Assembly (NCBI GenBank): GCA_054600435.1
Contig: BAAIJX010000040.1
Coordinates: 124,001 to 188,000 of the forward strand
Reading direction: 5' to 3'
Origin: Neophaeotheca triangularis
Lineage: Eukaryota
DNA: 64,000 nucleotides
The position numbers and the translations under genes were made by a program. Every line of letters starts with the position of its first letter. Position 1 is the stretch's first letter. This document shows, in pieces, positions 24,260 to 36,149 of this stretch. The notes under the pieces are model-generated. The model saw nothing but the letters and a program-made list of their open reading frames with translations, did no database searches and was not told the origin of the DNA.

Positions 24260-24591
24260 TTATTTCCGCTTGTGTGGCCCAACGATTTGCGGGTAGAGTC
24301 TGGACAAGTGATGGTTGATGGAGCTCTTTTTCGTTTGCATTGGTTTCTGTCGGGGTTTTTCGCATCAGCATGTCGTCCAACAGCCACCCTTCGGTCACTC
24401 TCTGGATCTCTTCGTCTTCCAGGACGAACGAATACATACCCTTGCGTCCATACAGGCTCTCAGTTGTTGTTCCAACGCCGCACAGCCCTGTGTGCTATAC
24501 CCTTGAGATGCCCAGCAACCTGTAGGTTGGAATGTATCAGCGCTTCTATTGTTGCCTCGCCCCAATCTCCCGTATCATACGGCCCCTGCTG

Positions 24592-24624
<33 letters not shown>

Positions 24625-24818
24625 TCTCGTCGCGATCTCTCATCAGGGCCCAACGTACCCAACACCGACGACATGACACCAATACACGGGTTCGCATCTG
24701 CTCGGTCTGGCCTTCGAATCTTGAGCTTCGAGAGAGGCGGCAGTTGAGGTCCGGATTGCTGCCCAGACTGCGCAGCAGCGCGGGCAACGGTAGAAGGGGT
24801 GTTCTTGCCGGCGACCAT
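24260..24818 (-). CDS. MRP10: Mitochondrial small-subunit ribosomal protein mS37/Mrp10 (twin CX9C type), ~108 aa; exons 24818-24659, 24519-24440, 24346-24260
   Basis: Spliced product LPPLSKLKIRRPDRADANPCIGVMSSVLGCWASQGYSTQGCAALEQQLRACMDARKPMQTKKSSINHHLSRLYPQIVGPHKRK with Cx9C..Cx9C. Introns GTACGT..CAG and GTATGT..CAG. Not visible as a single ORF in the track. Confidence 0.9.
24592..24624. repeat. (CT/GA)n microsatellite inside MRP10 intron 1
   Basis: tctctctctctctctctctctctttctctctct. Confidence 0.9.
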
Positions 24819-25080
24819 GTTTGGTTGTAGTCGTATTTGCTGTTATCGTCAGGCGTTCATTGACAGAGTATTCTAATGTTGCACTGCCGTCTCGAACATG
24901 GGATGAAGCCAAGATCTATAAACAAGTCTTGGCATATGCAAGTCGCTCGGGAGCAGCCGCGCGATTGTTGACGCCCACTTCCCCAGTGTTTACTCCTCCC
25001 AGCCTAGGTACCATCTCAAGCACGCGACAAACCCATATATATTACAACACCGTCGCCGTCGCGCATATCATCTCCACATC

Positions 25081-28000
25081 ATGGCGGACGACTCATCTTT
25101 ACCGAGCGACGACAGCAAGATGCAGAAACCCACGGAAACCTCACAAGAAAGCACGACCGACGCTTTTGCCGCGCACTGGCAACCCACCGACACCCACTCC
25201 CTCCTCCCTGGCAACTTGCCCTTGACACGTCCCGCTCGCGCATACGAGCGCAAACCCTCTTCGCCCTTTACGCGCCGCCAAGTACGCGTGGGCAAAGTCT
25301 GGAAACGCGCTGCGGCGCTGCCGGCAACGCGTCGTGAAAGTGTCGCGAGTCCCGGTGCCGGAGGGGGCTTGGCTGGCAAGTCTATGCGCCGGTTGAAGGG
25401 GCAGGAGGAGTCGCGGCAGAGTCCGCTGAAGCCTGTTAAGAAGATTTGTTTGCCTGCTGGTAGTGGTGGGGAGCGTGGTGTTAGGCCGCAGGTTGCGCTT
25501 TGGGAGGGCAGGGGGAGTGGTGGGGAGGGGAGGAAGATTGTTACAAGGAGTGGAAGGAGGGCTGCTGTTGCGGGGGATGGGGAGGAGGGGCTGGTGGAGT
25601 TGGCTGAGGAGGGGACGGAGGGGGGTCTGGTTGATGAGATTGAGGGAGCGCATGGTGCTGAAGAGGAGGATGCGGAAGGAACCCTGGTCGAAGTTCTGGA
25701 TGAGGATGGGATGCCCATGGAGGGAGGTGGTTTTGCTGGGGATGGCGAAGGCTGGCTGGATGTTGAAGCTGAGGAGTTGGGCGACGACCCAGAAATTGAG
25801 CGCACGCTTGTGCAGCCTGACGATGGTTCTGGCTTTTCTGAAGTTCACGATAGTGTCGTAAGCTCGCAAGGAGAAGCATCTGATAAGCAGAAGGCAGAAG
25901 ATGCAGAGCAAGGTCAAGGATCGACTGCAGTGGATGAAATCGCCACTGAAAACGCGATCACCTCCCCTAACGAGCGAAAGGCGACAGAAGATACAACTCC
26001 CATCCATGCGCAGAACACCGCGCTCGACTCTCCATCTGCACATCTTACACGAGACGACGCGCCTCTACCAGAAGGCTTCGTCTCGCCTGTCAAGAGAGCA
26101 CCAAGAACCAGCCGAAGGACAGTCAAGGAGGCGTTGGCAGCACGGAGGAGGACTCTACCCGTCCAGTTCGCACCGGCTATAGTACCGGAGCAGTTGGCCG
26201 CAGATGCCTCGCACACTGATCTGCCTATGGAGACGATTGATCAGTCCGTTGAGCAGCACGACTCAAGTTCTTTACAAGTTCTGACGCCCACAAAAGATGC
26301 CAGCCAACTTGCAGACAAAGATGGTCAAGGGGATCTCCCTTCTGCTAGAAGTGCTTCAATGACGACTTCACCGGCGTTTCGGCCGCAGACAGGCGAAATG
26401 GTGCAGCCGCTATCCGCCGAAGAGGCTTGGGAAGACGTGTCTGAGGATGAGGAACAGGTGGAGACGACAGAGAATCTTCCAGAGGACGAGCCATCACTTG
26501 AAACGTTGCCCGTCGGCGCGAAAAACTTGTTGAGCGAGGCAGAACACGACAGCACAGAACACATTGACATGTTCCAGGACGGAGACGACCTCTCGCAAAC
26601 GGCAAGCTCGAAGACAATAACAGTAACTCCAACGACGCTCGATACGCCTACCGACGATATGGCTGTGGAAAGTCAGTCTCCCTTCCATGTCCGCAAGTCA
26701 CCCCGGCGCAAGTCTTCCAGCCCGATTAAGTCACAGCATGCTGTGCTCAAAGGCAAAGACGTGCCGCATCTTGTTGCGTTCAGCCCTATCAAGCGTGTGG
26801 AAGTACACCTCTCTACACACGACATTCCTGATCTCGCTTTGCCTGAAGCGCCTACCATGTCAAAAGACACTGCCATTGCGCTCGACGATGCTTCGCCTGA
26901 ATTGGCGAGCCCTGTGCAACGATCATCTTCGGCTCCACCAGAGGAACCGAAGATGTCACCTCACAGGCCCAACAAGCCACGTGTATCCGACGACACTGCG
27001 CTGCTCCAGGCCTTCCTCTCCCGTGCGGCTGCCAACAAGAGTACCAAGCGAGCGACTACCGCTAGGCGCGAATCAGCTTCCAATCGTAGGGACTCTGAGA
27101 CCGTGAAACAAGCGCTTGCGAGCCCGGCTAAACCAGAAGTACTAGGGGATTTGGATCCCAACAGCTCCTCGCCTCGAAAACCAGCTGGACTGGAGGACAT
27201 GCCTAACTCTGAGCCGATAGAAGAAGTGTACAAACCTTTCAGCAGCGGTCAAGACGAAGGTACCAACATCGAGCAAGCGCCCAAAAAACGACGCAGCACC
27301 CGCGACAAGAAGAAGCCAGCGCAGAACCCCATTTCAGACAACTCATCCCACCCCTCGCCACCGAATAGGATCGCTGTCCGAGGCCGCGCGGATCCCATAG
27401 TGCTGAAGAAGACAGAAGCCCACCAGCTAGCTCTTACGACCAAAAACAATACTCGCAAGAACAAAGGCACCTCAGTACTTCCACAGCTACGACTCACCAA
27501 GCTCACAACCGAAGTCCCACCCGAAGCGCAAAACGTTCCTGAAACCAGCGAGCAGCCAGCCACCGGCAAACGAGGCATCAGATGGGACGAGACCCTCACC
27601 TACTTTTTCGAAGCACCCTCGCAACCAGCCCTCCTCGAACTCGGCAACAGTGATAGTGCGCCGCAGCTACAAGCCGAGTCCATTCCCATGGACACCACCG
27701 AAGAGGACCACGAACCCCAACCCCCTCCACCAGCGGAAACCCCCTCCAAACCCAAAGTCCGCCGCCTCAAAGCCCCAAAGGCCACCGCCGCTTCCACCGC
27801 TGCCGGCAAAACCGCAACCGCCCAGCCCACTGCGCCCGCACCTCCCCCACCAACAACAGAAACCCCCTTAACCCGAAAACAGCGCTCCCGCATCGCTACA
27901 CCTGCCGCCAAAGCTTCGACTAACAACATCTCCCCGGAAGCTCCCATTGATGCCAACTCCAACACTCCCGCTCCTTCAACCACGAATTCAACAGCCCCTA

Positions 28001-28446
28001 GCTCTTCTCTCCCGAGAAAGCGCCCCGCCCCTCAGCCTTCCAAACTCCCTTCTCTAGTCCCCAGCAACTCGAGCCTTCTCGGGCAGGGCAAGGGCAGCTT
28101 ACCTGCTCCCAATATTAGCACGAGTGGGAACGGGAACGGGAAGGGGAATGGGAATGGAAACGGAAATGGGGGTCCGTTGGAGGGCTGTGGAGCCGGGTTG
28201 ATCGCTTCACCAGCTAAGAAGCGGAGGACTGCTGCTGGCACTACTGCTGGCACTGGCTCGAGAGCTAAGAGCGGGCTAACGGGTCCGAAATTTGGTGGTG
28301 CTGGTGCTGGTGCTGAGGCTGAGTTTGGAAATGATGGGCTTGGTTCTGGTCCCGCAACGGGGTTAGCGAGTCCAGCCAAGAAGTTCAGAAGCAAGATTGG
28401 GGGCTTTTCCGCTTCCTCCGCGGGTGCGTTGCCGGAGGATGCTGGC

Positions 28447-28477
<31 letters not shown>

Positions 28478-28569
28478 GTGGGGAGGGGAGAGGGACGAGG
28501 TCTGCAGCGCTGTCGAGCTCTGGCGTGGGTGTGGGGTTGAGTTCGCCTGCGAAGCGAAGGAGGAGGTAG
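25081..28569 (+). CDS. Hypothetical disordered, probably nuclear protein (1162 aa) with many CDK consensus sites and an RVxF-like motif
   Basis: Uninterrupted 3.5-kb ORF, head-to-head with MRP10. Conserved-looking islands RVSDDTALLQAFLSRAAANK, LALTTKNNTRKNKG and KRGIRWDE; basic C-terminal NLS-like clusters. Confidence 0.75.
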
Positions 28570-29376
28570 ATGCCGAACGTGTTGTGGGTGGGGGAGGTTG
28601 CGATTCTTTGGCGTAGAAGGGGGGAAGGATGGAAAGGGGTGGTGAGACGAAAAGATGACTGCGTTTTCGACGCGCTAATCATGCTCTGCTTCACTGTTCT
28701 TGAGCGTTGGTTGAATGGTGATGAAGTAAATGATGATTTCAGTCTCAACGGAGTTGGCTAGCTAAGGGATAGGTGGTTTCGCGCTGCTTTTGGTCGAGTA
28801 GTCAGTCTTTTGTGTGCATTGCTTGGCCCCTTGTGTATTCAGCGTGGTGTACATAGAGTACTTAAGGGTGGCTCGCCTTTACTTCCATCTTTTGTTTGTT
28901 TGAGATATCAATTCCTAATGTTGGCTGCCAGCTTGACTTGAGTTTAGAGGGCTGCTCCTTGGAGGTGTAAGCAGGCTATGAGGTTTGAGCTTGGTTTACC
29001 ATTTTGAATACAGTTGATACTTGCGCCAAATGCTGGCTCTTTTCCGAAGACTTTCTCATGTCCTTGATAGTTTATGCAATGTTTTTGCTGCCGCTTGCCC
29101 CAACTCTAACCCTGTAAGACGCAACGAGGGACCTTGACGAGTATCAGTAGACGATCTAGCGTTATCCTTGTAAGTCGTAACTCACTGATTTGTCAACAGT
29201 CCCAGAAATAATTCCGGCTCTTGGCAGTTGATTTGTTCCTTTCTAGGCGTAAGTGAAGGTGAAAGTGAAAGTGAAAGTGAGGTGGGGCCAAATCAGCCAA
29301 TCAAACATCTGCATCTTCCGGGTCTAAAGACACCTGCAGCGATACCAGGCTCAGGGCTGGAGTTGACGTTGCAAGC

Positions 29377-31437
29377 ATGCCTCCTACAACACCCACCACG
29401 GTCAGTGCATCGTACAAGAAAAAGGATGGCAACCTCACCGTCTCGGCCGACGGCAAGTCGCTGTCATTCCGGCCTCTACAACCTCCGGGCGGACCGGCCA
29501 CGGTAAACATTGCCGTCACCGACATCACCAACCTCCAACAAACACCGGAGCCAGCACCCAAACAAGCACTCAAGGTGTTTGTCGGTGAAGCCAGCCATGT
29601 CTTCACCTTCACCCACAAGACTAACGCCCGTAAAGAGATTGCAGCGGTGACGGATATCTTGAGGAGTAGCATAGCCGCCGCAAAGGCATCGACAGCCGCT
29701 CAAGTGCTCCCAAAGAACACCCACTCCCCAGCACCATCAACTGGAAATGGCGACTCAACAGGTGCTCCGGCGGCCATGGCTATAGCCAAAGCCGTCGCCT
29801 CCAAAGATGAGGGCTGGTATGATGACAACAAGCTCAAAAACGACATCTCCCTCCAACAATCCCTCTTGCGCTCCGACAAGGCCAAAGCACTTCGCGAACG
29901 CTTCAACCAATCCCTACGAGACAAGCCCGAATCTGTTTCAGCGGCCCAATTCACTACGCAATTCTGGGCGACTCGTCTACACCTCCTCCGCGCCCATGCT
30001 ATCGAGCAAGCCCAGCAAATGGGCGAGTACAATGTGCTCCCCGAGATAGCCTTTGTCCGCAAGCGCGCGGAGAAAGAAGGGGATCCGGATATCCGTCAGC
30101 TCAACATTACCCGCGAACAAATCAAGCTCATCTTCAAACAATACCCGGTCGTGTCCGAAGCATTCAACGCACATGTGCCTCCCATGGACGCCGCGCAATT
30201 CTGGCAGCGGTTCTTTAGCTCGAAGCTGTTGAAGAAGTTGAAGGGCGAAAAGATCACACAGCAAGACCCTTCAGATCCAGTGCTGGACAAATACTTGGAT
30301 AGCAGGGAGGCGGGTCCACGGGATTTTGGCCATGTGCCGAACTTTATAGATCTGGAGGGGAATGAGCAGAACCACAGTCAGAGGAAGGGCAATCGGCCGG
30401 ATGAAACTATGCGGGCGAGTAACAACGAAAAGGTGCCGATCTTGCGTGTTCTCAACAACCTCTCGGAGAAAATGCTGTCACGAGTCGCGGCCGAAGACGG
30501 GGAAGCACATGCACCTATCGGCATGGACGAAGACTCATACGAGCAGCTACGACTTCGAGATCTGGCCCTGGAAGACAAAGACAACAGAGTTGTGCTCAAC
30601 ATCCGCGAGCAGCAGCGGCTGCAAGGCGGAAATCGCGACGACCTCTCCGCGGAAGCCCTGCAATACTCAAAACAAGACCCAACAACCGTCCTCAACAGCC
30701 TCCGTGCCTCCCTCCAACCCTCCAACCTCGGCGCGGACGCCAGAACCGGCACTCTCCGTCTCGACCGCGCCATAGGTTTCAACCCAGACAACGACAGTGA
30801 CGACAACCCCAGCGACGACGGCGAAGCCGACCCCCAAGCCACCAAAACCGCCCCTAAAACCGGCACTCCCGCCTCCATGACTACAGCCACAACCACAATC
30901 TTCACCTCCATAACCGCCCACCGCGACTCCACAACCAACCCTCTGGACACACTTCGCGGTCTCTCCCCGCAAACATTCCAAACCCTCACCACAACCGCCA
31001 ACACCACGACAGAATTCCTCCACTACTTTTGGACCCTCTTCCACTCCGGCGACAGTTCCAAAGTCCCCGAGCTTCAAAACCTCGTCGCCACTCTGGACCG
31101 TTCTGTCGATCGCTTGGATGCTGTGGCCGAGCAAGCGGAAAACGAGCGCCGGAACCGGATTGACGCTTTGAAAGCCAAGGTAAAGGCTTTTGAGCAGAAG
31201 AGTGGGAAGAGGCGGAGGGTTGATTATGAAGGCGAGGTTGGAGGCGGGAGGAGGATAGTAGAGGAGTTGGCGGGGCCGGTCAGAGGGGCGTTGCGGAGGG
31301 CGGTGCAGGTTTATCGGGGGGAGTTTGAGAGGCAGACCAGGGAGGTTGCTGCTGCTGCGTCGGCGGGTGCCGGTGCCGGTGCTGGGGGTGGCGGCACGCC
31401 TGTTGCTGGGGGTGGGGATGTTGTTATGGTTGGGTGA
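29377..31437 (+). CDS. TFB1: TFIIH core subunit Tfb1/p62 (N-terminal PH domain, BSD domains)
   Basis: YKKKDGNLTVS...ITNLQQTP (PH_TFIIH), QFWATRLHLLRAHA and FWQRFFSSKL (BSD), FIDLEGNE, TTEFLHYFW. Confidence 0.92.
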   Translation: MPPTTPTTVSASYKKKDGNLTVSADGKSLSFRPLQPPGGPATVNIAVTDITNLQQTPEPAPKQALKVFVGEASHVFTFTHKTNARKEIAAVTDILRSSIAAAKASTAAQVLPKNTHSPAPSTGNGDSTGAPAAMAIAKAVASKDEGWYDDNKLKNDISLQQSLLRSDKAKALRERFNQSLRDKPESVSAAQFTTQFWATRLHLLRAHAIEQAQQMGEYNVLPEIAFVRKRAEKEGDPDIRQLNITREQIKLIFKQYPVVSEAFNAHVPPMDAAQFWQRFFSSKLLKKLKGEKITQQDPSDPVLDKYLDSREAGPRDFGHVPNFIDLEGNEQNHSQRKGNRPDETMRASNNEKVPILRVLNNLSEKMLSRVAAEDGEAHAPIGMDEDSYEQLRLRDLALEDKDNRVVLNIREQQRLQGGNRDDLSAEALQYSKQDPTTVLNSLRASLQPSNLGADARTGTLRLDRAIGFNPDNDSDDNPSDDGEADPQATKTAPKTGTPASMTTATTTIFTSITAHRDSTTNPLDTLRGLSPQTFQTLTTTANTTTEFLHYFWTLFHSGDSSKVPELQNLVATLDRSVDRLDAVAEQAENERRNRIDALKAKVKAFEQKSGKRRRVDYEGEVGGGRRIVEELAGPVRGALRRAVQVYRGEFERQTREVAAAASAGAGAGAGGGGTPVAGGGDVVMVG

Positions 31438-32423
31438 GGTAGGAGGGTCATCTTTCTCAGATGGGACTGGCGGTGCGCACGCGCTGGGGAAAGCTAAACA
31501 TATTCTTTAATGCTTGTAATATTGCCCCAGCGGAAGAGAGCGAACTCACACCACTCGTTTCTCTCCAGCGCAGTCGACCTCCTCTGCCATCTTCTATGCC
31601 CCGTCGTCCGGCCTACAAGCTCATAGCATTGGCCAACAAGCCAGCAGTCATGGAGTCGGTCTGAAATTATCGACCTCGTGTATGTCTGTTCTTTTGACTG
31701 GCCACTCGGGCACCGATCAACTTACTCTAAGCATCTCACGTCTCCTTCCTCCAATCAATCCAGATGCCCAAAGCTATCAATTGCATTGCAAAAGGAAAAG
31801 AGATGGCCTTGGTAAAAAAAGAAAAAACGAGCCCCCCCCCGGACGCTTGCTCGTATGGCTAGATTACACACACGCACACACACTTACCCGGACAAACCTG
31901 TATACCCTAGCAACCGTTTTAAGCCATGGAGTCGCGAGTTTTCGCCGTGTAGTAGTTCACCCCTATGAGTGACATTGCTCTAGTTTTGGTTCGAAGGTGA
32001 TTCTGGACTTAATGTCGACCAACCGTCGTGAGCATACGACACCAACGCCTAAAGTCCAGATTCCTTCAAAACGCATCCCCGACTCGCAAACTCTTCTACT
32101 CCAAACCCTGGCCCAACCGTATTTCCTCCCAGTTCTCCCTCCCAAAGCACTCTAACCCCATCAATCATCCGCTCGAGCTCCAGGCCAACGCGAGTTCGAT
32201 GCTCATGCTTGTCTTGATGCTCATGCTCGTCTTGATGCTCATTCTCGCCCCCTCCCCACTTCCACCCAAACTCTCCTCCCGAACCCTTCGCATCCGGACT
32301 CCCTTCCCTCGCAACCAGACCCCCAAACCCAGACCTCTCTAGGCCACGACCCTGCAATCCTCCATCCACCTCCACGACCCTCCTCCCACGCCCCTCATCG
32401 CCACCCTCACCACCCCCACCCAA

Positions 32424-33914
32424 CTAATCCAACCCCCGAATCTCCAACTCAATAGCCTCATAAACCGCCACCCCCTCCCTCAAAAGCCGCAAAACCCCCA
32501 CTCGCTCCCCACATTCACCTCGATCAACCCCGCCCATCCCTCTAACCCCCTCCTCTCCAACCCCCTCGCTGCCCCAAAACCCCTCCCCCTCCAACACCCC
32601 CAACCACTCCCTCCTCCCGGAAACCCGTCTAGCAACCACCCTCCGCAAAAACCTCAGCCGCTTCTCCACCCTCTCCGCCCACCCTACCCCATCCGCCCCT
32701 TCATCCCCCGCAGCCTCCCCATCCCGCAGCCTTCCAAACCTCCCGCGCCCCTCCCCCGCCTCGAATACTACACAGCAAACACCAGATCCCAAGCTGTCTA
32801 ACTGCCGCTGCTGCTGGTGCTGCTGTCGCTGCCGGTGCTCCTGCCGCAGCGACGAAATCGCCAAGACTAAATTCCAGTGCAAGAACAACGCTAGAGCTTT
32901 TTCTCGCGCGAGTTGGGCAGTGAGGGCTTGCCAGGGGATGATGAGGAGGGGGAGCGGGGGGCTAGGGGGAAAGTGGGGGGAGTGCGGTGGTAGTGGTGCT
33001 GGTGGTTGGGCTGGGGGTTGGGGTGGGGGTTTGATTTTGGGGGTTTTGATGGTGTTGGGGGCGAGGAGTAGGGTTGTGGGGGATGGGGAAGGGGAGGGGC
33101 TGGGGTTGGGCGGGGGTGGTTTTGCGGGAGGGGCTGCGAGGGGGTTCCTCGGGGCCAAGGGGAGCCGGCGGTGGAAGCGGGTTAGGATGCGTCTTGTGCG
33201 CAGCGGTAAGGGGGGTGGGAGGGTTGGCGGTGGTGATGGTGGCGGGCCTGGGGCTGGGATTCGCCGAGGTCTTGGCCTCGCAGGATTGAATGCTGCACCC
33301 GGACCGGGACTGGGGCTTGTCCGTCGACTAGGCTCTTGCTTCAGACGTGCGCCTGGCCTCGGACCCCCCGTGCTTGGGCCTGGATTCCCAGCTCGCCTTG
33401 GTGCCGCTGCTCTCAGACTCGATCCAGATCCCGTACTGGACGGCGATGCTAAAGGCAAACTCCCTGTCGAGGTTGCATTCGGACTCGGGTCTAGACTCTG
33501 ACTCAGGCCTTGACGCAGATTTACGGTAGTCGGCTTCGAGCTTCCGTCTCGGAATGGGCGTGAAGACCAACTCGAGCCCGAGCCCGAGCCCAGATTCGAC
33601 CTTTCATCCCGGGAGTAGTAGCCGCCGCTAGCTTCCCGCCGCGAACCTGGACTTGACGTCTCCGACGACGGCGTGGGTGAGACCGCTACTGCTGCTGCCG
33701 CTACTGTCAAGGGGTGAGTCGCCAGGTTTTGCGGCAGCGGTGGGAGAGTGCTGGTTTCGGATGGGAGGGGCGGGGAGGGAGGTCTTTTTTTGGGCAGGGG
33801 GAGAGGTGGGAGCGCGTGGGTTGTTGATGGGGGAGGCGGGACGACAGCTGCCGTGGCTTTATAGCCGGGGGGAGTCGTTGTGGTCGCGGGCGGGAAGAGG
33901 AGAAGAGGAGGCAT
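32424..33914 (-). CDS. Possible orphan/low-complexity protein (496 aa), Pro-rich then Gly/Glu-rich
   Basis: 1.5-kb ATG-initiated ORF in a gap between real genes. No recognisable domain; the strong C/G skew could inflate ORF length. Confidence 0.35.
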   Translation of the reverse strand: MPPLLLFPPATTTTPPGYKATAAVVPPPPSTTHALPPLPLPKKRPPSPPLPSETSTLPPLPQNLATHPLTVAAAAVAVSPTPSSETSSPGSRREASGGYYSRDERSNLGSGSGSSWSSRPFRDGSSKPTTVNLRQGLSQSLDPSPNATSTGSLPLASPSSTGSGSSLRAAAPRRAGNPGPSTGGPRPGARLKQEPSRRTSPSPGPGAAFNPARPRPRRIPAPGPPPSPPPTLPPPLPLRTRRILTRFHRRLPLAPRNPLAAPPAKPPPPNPSPSPSPSPTTLLLAPNTIKTPKIKPPPQPPAQPPAPLPPHSPHFPPSPPLPLLIIPWQALTAQLAREKALALFLHWNLVLAISSLRQEHRQRQQHQQQRQLDSLGSGVCCVVFEAGEGRGRFGRLRDGEAAGDEGADGVGWAERVEKRLRFLRRVVARRVSGRREWLGVLEGEGFWGSEGVGEEGVRGMGGVDRGECGERVGVLRLLREGVAVYEAIELEIRGLD

Positions 33915-34468
33915 TGGTTGGTTGGGTCGGAAGAAGTGGGGGTCGAGTTAAACCGATTGTCTGGGTTAGGTTGGGTTGGGGAGGGTGCAAGAGGGTTTTG
34001 ATCCCTTGCGACTGGTTTTGTAGGTCTTGAGTATGGTGGTCGAGTTTGCAAGGGAGGTAGGAAAGAAGAAGACTGCTTTGGATGGTTGGGAATGGTCGAT
34101 CTGGTTGCTGCGGCCTGGCTTTGCTGGATTATTGAATGGATTGGGTTGGTGATATTCTTTGTAGTGAGAGGATGGGTGATTCAGGGGCCCTTGACTTGCC
34201 TTTGACTCTAGACCGGCGGAAGAATCGAGTTGAGACATGGTTTTGCGTGAGACTTGCCTGCTAATTTTGCGACGGGAACGCTTTGTGACATCCAGCGCAT
34301 GAACAACAGACGAGTAGTAAAGGCCATACGATGGTCTTCTCTTCAGCATTTTTTCGTATATGATACAGTGCTGCTTGCTCTATCATTCGTAGACTCGCTC
34401 CCGGTGCTAGAGGCAAAATCGCTCCTTCACTCCTCCCCTTGATGGTGTCAAACTTCTCTTTCCCCTCC

Positions 34469-35570
34469 TCACAACTTGGCCGGATCCGTAGGCTTCTCGC
34501 CAATAACGTCCAAGAAAGCCTGGTGAACGTGTCCAGTCAAATCAGCCGCTTGCAAACTCCTACCAAGCTCCTTGAAAGCCAGCCTCGAGCACTCTCTTGT
34601 AATAGCGGATCCTCCGTACGCACACAGTGCCAACAGCTCATCGCCCTGCATATCGTTTTCATGATCCCACAAGCGCTCCAAGTAGGCTTTCCTGTACGCC
34701 AAAAGCGTGGCCAAAGAACCGGTGAGCGTGTCGCCTTGGCCGCCGGAGCGCTTGAGCCCGCCCTCGCCGTCGGAAATGAGCGTGCTCGTGCCGTTGGAGA
34801 TGTAGTCCTGCGCACCCTTTTGGATAATTGTCACGCCCCCGAATGCACTCGCGAGTTTTGCGCACAGCTCTTCGGGCTTCTCCTTGCTCGTGTCGATGTT
34901 CTTGCTCTTCGCCAGACGGCCGAATTCCACAACATTGGGGGTGAGGATGCACTCCTTGTAGCCGTCGACCAACTCCGGACGGGTCTGGGCGAGGTAGAGA
35001 CCGTCAGCGTCAAGGACGAAGCTGACGCCCTTTTTGCGGGCTTCGGTAAGGACGCGGGCGCAGGTTTCTTGCATGGCGGGATCCCTGCCGAGACCCGGAC
35101 CGATGACGACAACGTGGAGCCTGTCTAGCATGTCGACGACGTTCTGGCTGACGCTGTCGATGCTTTCACCTTGAGTAAGGTTCTTTTGTTGCCGCATGTA
35201 GGGGTGGACCATGAGGTTGGGGGAGTAGGATTTGATGACCATGCCCGCGCCGGGTTCGCAGATGACGTGAGACTGTGGGAGATGATCAGCGTTTGATCGA
35301 TCATTTGGTGAGAAGGATTGCCTACCATGTCACATCCGAGTTTTGCTGAGGCCATTGCTGAGAAGTAGGGGGCTCCTGTGTAGTCCTCGCTGCCGCCGAT
35401 TACCGCCACTCGTCCTAATTGGCCTGGGAGGGAGGATCAGTATTGAAAGTTCCGAATACAGCAAATTGTAGCATATCGTTACCCTTGTGAAACTTCTCCA
35501 ACATGGGGGGAACCATTTTGTAAACCTTTGCGAGAATGTCCTTGCGGGACAAGTTTGATAGCGCTGCCAT
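34469..35570 (-). CDS. NNR2: ATP-dependent (S)-NAD(P)H-hydrate dehydratase (YjeF C-terminal/CARKD), ~329 aa; exons 35570-35483, 35423-35326, 35272-34469
   Basis: [62 protein letters not shown]. Two canonical introns; ends in -AKL. Confidence 0.93.
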
Positions 35571-36149
35571 GGTGGCGGGTATTTGACGTGATGGGGGGGG
35601 GGGGTGTTCTTGAGCTGGGGTTTGATTAATTAGATGAAACTTTTGACTGGTGAAGAAGGGGTATCAGGTCGGTGATGAGGATTGATTTGATGGGAAAGTT
35701 GATTAAGAAACAGGAGGTGAAGTCAATAAGTTAAAGTAAAGGTAGATAGGAAAGCTGGTAGCTTCGATGGGATGGCATTATTGATGATGATGGAAGCTCT
35801 GGCCAACTTCACTTCCAATTCCCGTCGACTTCAATCATGACCACCAAATGACGTCGGTGGGGCTGGTGGGGAGGTACCTTACCTGCTTACCTTCCATACC
35901 TTTACCTTCCATTACTGTCGAGGGGCAGACGGGGCAATTTTTGTTTGGATGCGACATCGCAGCCACTACTACTACTCTCCCGTCTCCATCACTCAACTCT
36001 TCTTCATGTGACAACATCTTACCTCCCTCTCTCTCACTTGATACATTTCCCAACCGCGACATCAACTCTCTGACAAACACCCCGACACCCCGACACCTTA
36101 ACCCTCACAAACGACAACAACGAACACCCCCCCCACCACAACTACAACC

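Noticed and set aside
24186..24437. 83-aa minus ORF resembling an F-box-like hypothetical protein
   Set aside because: It consists of MRP10 intron 2 and an off-frame reading of exon 3.
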